Part shown: positions 22,497 through 26,112 of the stretch, piece after piece | Layout: every line of letters begins with the position of its first letter | How positions within the stretch are numbered: the first letter of the stretch is position 1 | Assembly: GCA_964591795.1 (NCBI GenBank) | Contig: CAZQEL010000014.1 | Location: 1-26,112, forward strand | DNA from: an uncultured archaeon | GTDB lineage: Archaea; Iainarchaeota; Iainarchaeia; Iainarchaeales; CSSED10-239 | DNA: 26,112 bases | Direction: 5' to 3' | Notes under the pieces: model-generated | Told to the model about the DNA's origin: nothing | Databases searched by the model: none | The model's input: the letters and a program-made list of their open reading frames with translations, nothing else | Made by a program: the position numbers and the translations under genes

Positions 22497-23567
22497 TTAA
22501 TCTACAACACCATTTTCTGTTACATTATAAGCTACTTCACCATCAGGAAGTGCAGGAGAATCTACAAGCTTTACAATTCTTTTAGTTCCAGAACTTTTTC
22601 TTAAATAAAGTCTAGTCTTTGAAGCATGTTTTACAACATTACCACCAATAGCATCTGTAGGATCACCAAACAAAACATCTGGTCTTGACATTACTTGGTT
22701 TGTAACAAATACGGCAACATTATAAAGCTCAGCAACCTTTTGTAAAAGTCTCATATGCTTATTTAATTTTTGTTGTCTATCAGAAAGTTGACCTCTTCCT
22801 GTAAACTCTGACCTAAATTGACTTGTTAATGAATCAACAATTAAAAGTTTAATGTTTTTTTCTTTAATTAAATCAATTGCTTTTTCAGCCAATAACATTT
22901 GATGATCACTGTTATAGGCTCTAGCAACATAAATATTTTTCATAACTTCATCGGGATTAAGTCCTCTATGTAACGCCATTTGAGATACTCTTTCAGGTCT
23001 AAATGAATTTTCTGTATCAATATAAAGAACTGAACCTTCAAGACCCCCTTGATCTTTTGGAAGTTGAGTCATCACACACAATTGAAAACACCATTGTGAT
23101 TTACCTGACGCAAACTTACCATAAACTTCAGTAATTGATTGACTTTCAATTCCACCAGCTAAAAGAGCATCAATACTTTTTGAACCTGTTGAAATTTTAT
23201 CAATTAACTTTCTTTTTTCTAAAAGTTTATCTGCACTTTCAAAGCCCATCTCTAAAGAATCTCTTGCGGCTTTAATACATTTAATTGCTGTACCCTCACC
23301 TAAACTTGCTATTGCAACAAGCTCCATTGGGGATGCAACTGCAATTGCCTCATAACTATCAAATCCAGCTGATTTTAATTTTTCTGCAGAAGTAGGTCCA
23401 ATTCCTGGAAGATCAATAATGTCTTTTGGTTTAACTTTTTCTTTAATAGGATCAACAACTTTCTCTTTAATAATATCATTAGAATCATCATCTAAAGACA
23501 AATCATCTTCAAAAAATTCATCCTTTTTTGTTTCGTCAACACCTTCAACATTTTTATCTTTCTTCAT
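22497..23567 (-). CDS. radA: DNA repair and recombination protein RadA
   Basis: HhH region DLPGIGPTSAEKLKSAGF, Walker A GKFASGKSQ, Walker B LLIVDS, then GGNVVKHASKTRLYLRK. A GTGATG box 5-6 nt upstream supports the ATG at 23567 (MKKDKNV) over 23585. Confidence 0.93.
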   Translation of the reverse strand: MKKDKNVEGVDETKKDEFFEDDLSLDDDSNDIIKEKVVDPIKEKVKPKDIIDLPGIGPTSAEKLKSAGFDSYEAIAVASPMELVAIASLGEGTAIKCIKAARDSLEMGFESADKLLEKRKLIDKISTGSKSIDALLAGGIESQSITEVYGKFASGKSQWCFQLCVMTQLPKDQGGLEGSVLYIDTENSFRPERVSQMALHRGLNPDEVMKNIYVARAYNSDHQMLLAEKAIDLIKEKNIKLLIVDSLTSQFRSEFTGRGQLSDRQQKLNKHMRLLQKVAELYNVAVFVTNQVMSRPDVLFGDPTDAIGGNVVKHASKTRLYLRKSSGTKRIVKLVDSPALPDGEVAYNVTENGVVD

Positions 23568-23772
23568 ATACACATCACATTTCATTTATTTAATATAATT
23601 ATATTATAAGATTTAAAGAATATATGTTTTTTGGTACCCCTCTTGTCCGAGTAAATAAATTTAAATAATCATTATTTTCCAAAAATAAAGAAAAACAAAT
23701 AAATAGGTTTCTATATAATATAAGATAAGAAAATAGTAAGAAGATATTACAAATTACTAATTACGACTAAAT

Positions 23773-25920
23773 ATGTTTGAAACTAATGTAAAATGGGTAA
23801 AAGAAATTTCAGATCACGAGATCTTAGATGTTGGATATAAAGCATACATATTATCAGAACTTTCAAAAGCAAACATATCAATCCCAAGAGGATTTGTCAT
23901 AAACTACAAGAACTTTTTTAATTTTTTACAAACTGGTAATTTAAGAGAAAAAATTAATGATATTTTAAAAACAATAGATTATACAAATAAAGAAGATATT
24001 AAAAGTAAATCCAACCAAATACAAGCACTTTTTTTAAAAGCAAAATTTGATGATGATTTTACATCTAATGTGCTTAAAATGTATACAAAAGTTGGAGAGA
24101 CAAAAATTGGTTTCATTAATAGTAAAGTAGATGAGTATATAGCAGTAAGAATTTCAATCTCAAGTGAAGAATATCCTTTAAAGGAACTTGATTTTATAGA
24201 AAAAAATATTGGTTTTTTAAATATAAAAGGAAGAGAAAATGTATTAAATAGTGTTAAAGAATGCTGGGCAGATCTTTATAGTCCAGATATATTAGAATAC
24301 AAATTCAAAAAAGGATTTGAAGAAAATAAAATACATTTATCAGTAATTATTCAAAAAATGATACCCGGTAAAAAATCAGGAATCATGTTAACATCTAAAG
24401 AAGACAATAAAGAAATTACAGTAATTGAAGCAATACACGGTTTTGGTGGAAAAAGTCTAATTAAAGAAGTTACACCTGATCATTATGAATTAAATAAAAA
24501 AACATTTACAACTATTAAAAAAACAAAATCAAACCAAGAATGGATGCTTAAAAGAATAATAGGTAAAACTACAAAAGCAAACATTGATCCTAAAGAAAAT
24601 GAAAAATTCAAACTTGATCAAAGAGATTTAAATGAACTAATTCAAATTGGCCATAAACTTGAAATGATATATGGAACTGTATTGGAAGTTAATTGGGTTA
24701 TTGATTCTAATGATGAAATATTTATAGTAAGTGTATTACCTGTTGATTTAAATCTTAAAAAAATTAAAAAAAGTAAAACAATTGATGCAACAACCTATCA
24801 AGAAAAAATGGACACTTTTAAAAAAGAATTAATTTTAGAAGGAATTGGTGTATCAACTGGAATTGCAATAGGTACAGTAAAAATAGTAAACACAAAAGAA
24901 GACTTAAAACAAATTGATGAAAATACAATCTTAGTGACAAAAATGACAAGTCTTGAAATGTCTCAAACACTTAGAAAAGCAAAAGGAATTGTAACCGATG
25001 CCGGAAGTACTATTTGCCACGCTGCTTTAATATCTAAAAAATATGATGTTCCATGTGTAGTTCACACTGAACATGCAACTGAAAACTTAAAAGATGGCCA
25101 AGCAGTTTTAGTAAATGGTTTTAATGGAAGAATATACAGTGTTTCAGGATATATATCCCCACCTAAAATTAAAGCACCAGAAATAAAAAGAGAAAATGAA
25201 GTAGTTATTGAAAGACCTTTAAAAAAAGATCCAGATTATCCTAAAACAATTACACAAACTTTAATTAAAATATCTAATTTAGATGAAGTTAAAAAAATAA
25301 ATTTAGCTGATATTGATGGAATAGTTGTAACTATAGATAGCTTGTTTAATAGCTATCAAAAAGGAACAATGCTTGAAAATATAAGTTCATTAGTCCCTGC
25401 AATAAAACTAAAACTTAATTCTTTATTAAAAATATTTGAAGAAAAAAAAATCTATTATATAATAAACACACACACTAGAAATTTAATTACTGAAAACGTT
25501 TCCAGTTATGAAATTGAAGCAATCTTAGAACTTTCAGGAAAAATAAATATAATTTTAGAAAATATAAAATCACCAGATGAAATAATACCAATTAAAGAAA
25601 GTTCAGAAACAAAAATAGGTGTGATGATTGATTCATTAAAAGAAAACATGGTTAAAGAATACCTATCAAGAGGTGCTGAATTTATTATTTTTAATATTGA
25701 TGAAATTGATTTTATAAAAATAAAAGAAATTACTAACATCTGTAAGGAAAATAAAATACTTAGAATAGCAAGAATAAATTCCAAAAACACAATTACTGAT
25801 GTTAAAAAATATATTGATTCAGGTATAAATGGACTAATAATTAATAAAGAACAAATAGAATACAAAGATACAATTTATAAAAAAGAAAAAGATCTTTTAA
25901 GAAACCTTCTTTCAATTTAA
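23773..25920 (+). CDS. Phosphoenolpyruvate synthase-like PEP-utilising enzyme (pyruvate, water dikinase family) with an atypical C-terminal domain
   Basis: The N-terminal ATP-grasp follows the PpsA pattern (VGYKAY, IAVRISISSEE, ECWADLYSPDILEYKFKKGF, SVIIQKMIPGKKSGIMLT). The swivel domain has the phospho-His motif TDAGSTICHAALISKKYDVPCVV (His at 25018..25020). The last ~220 aa only loosely resemble the PEP/pyruvate-binding barrel. Confidence 0.8.
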   Translation: MFETNVKWVKEISDHEILDVGYKAYILSELSKANISIPRGFVINYKNFFNFLQTGNLREKINDILKTIDYTNKEDIKSKSNQIQALFLKAKFDDDFTSNVLKMYTKVGETKIGFINSKVDEYIAVRISISSEEYPLKELDFIEKNIGFLNIKGRENVLNSVKECWADLYSPDILEYKFKKGFEENKIHLSVIIQKMIPGKKSGIMLTSKEDNKEITVIEAIHGFGGKSLIKEVTPDHYELNKKTFTTIKKTKSNQEWMLKRIIGKTTKANIDPKENEKFKLDQRDLNELIQIGHKLEMIYGTVLEVNWVIDSNDEIFIVSVLPVDLNLKKIKKSKTIDATTYQEKMDTFKKELILEGIGVSTGIAIGTVKIVNTKEDLKQIDENTILVTKMTSLEMSQTLRKAKGIVTDAGSTICHAALISKKYDVPCVVHTEHATENLKDGQAVLVNGFNGRIYSVSGYISPPKIKAPEIKRENEVVIERPLKKDPDYPKTITQTLIKISNLDEVKKINLADIDGIVVTIDSLFNSYQKGTMLENISSLVPAIKLKLNSLLKIFEEKKIYYIINTHTRNLITENVSSYEIEAILELSGKINIILENIKSPDEIIPIKESSETKIGVMIDSLKENMVKEYLSRGAEFIIFNIDEIDFIKIKEITNICKENKILRIARINSKNTITDVKKYIDSGINGLIINKEQIEYKDTIYKKEKDLLRNLLSI

Positions 25921-26112
25921 AATAAAATGTTTTTTTATTATATTTTTAATAAAAATAATATAAAATTTATTATATTCTTTAAAGAATAGAATTATAAATA
26001 TAATCTAATATATAATATTTATTAAAATATGTTAAAAAGAAAATAAATGTTAAGAAGAAAAAAAAATTAAAAAAAAAACTAAAAATAAACAAAAAAAAAT
26101 AGATTTACATAC

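Noticed and set aside
25506-25865. 119-aa minus-strand ORF
   Set aside because: Antisense inside the ppsA-like gene, with a hydrophobic shadow translation.
25921-26112. A 16-bp perfect palindrome (tattctttaaagaata, 25973..25988) and several tiny ORFs in the 3' AT-rich tail
   Set aside because: The region is almost pure A/T, where such palindromes and 5-8 codon ORFs are expected by chance. No SD and no coding signal.
1-26112. CRISPR arrays, IS elements or integrases, rRNA, or an alternative genetic code
   Set aside because: The only spaced or tandem repeats are the two small in-gene repeats already listed. There are no transposase- or integrase-like ORFs. All conserved genes read through with the standard code, with no in-frame stops.

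Overview
This is a very AT-rich archaeal chromosomal segment, by eye about 20-25% GC. Only the two tRNA genes stand out as GC-rich. Genes are small and tightly packed, with many 4-nt ATGA start/stop overlaps and GGTGAT/GAGGTG Shine-Dalgarno boxes. Together with the gene content, this suggests a reduced DPANN-type archaeon, which is an inference I cannot confirm without a search. The window is mostly housekeeping. From left to right it contains: three tandem type-IV-pilin-like genes; aEF-1beta with its usual Zn-ribbon partner; tRNA-Arg(UCG); an MBL-fold hydrolase coupled to a wHTH protein; an archaeal histone and a PHP phosphoesterase; archaeal cytidylate kinase with an unknown partner. An ~8.4 kb co-directional minus-strand block follows. 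It is the classical archaeal exosome/proteasome superoperon (PfdB, Pcc1, Brix, RpoP, L37ae, Rrp42, Rrp41, Rrp4, SBDS, PsmA, Pop5, Rpp30), extended by argS and a cognate tRNA-Arg(UCU). After that come a surface protein with cysteine-less DsbA-like domains and an Fe-S neighbourhood made of Taw1/TYW1, a 288-aa [FeFe]-hydrogenase H-domain-like protein and sufC-B-D-U. The window ends with RadA and a PpsA-like dikinase. I saw no CRISPR array, no mobile element, no rRNA and no sign of an alternative genetic code. The best second-look candidates are the minimal HydA-like protein and its Fe-S context, an orphan gene inserted into the superoperon, the degenerate C-terminal domain of the PpsA-like protein, the pseudo-DsbA surface protein and the pilin triad.
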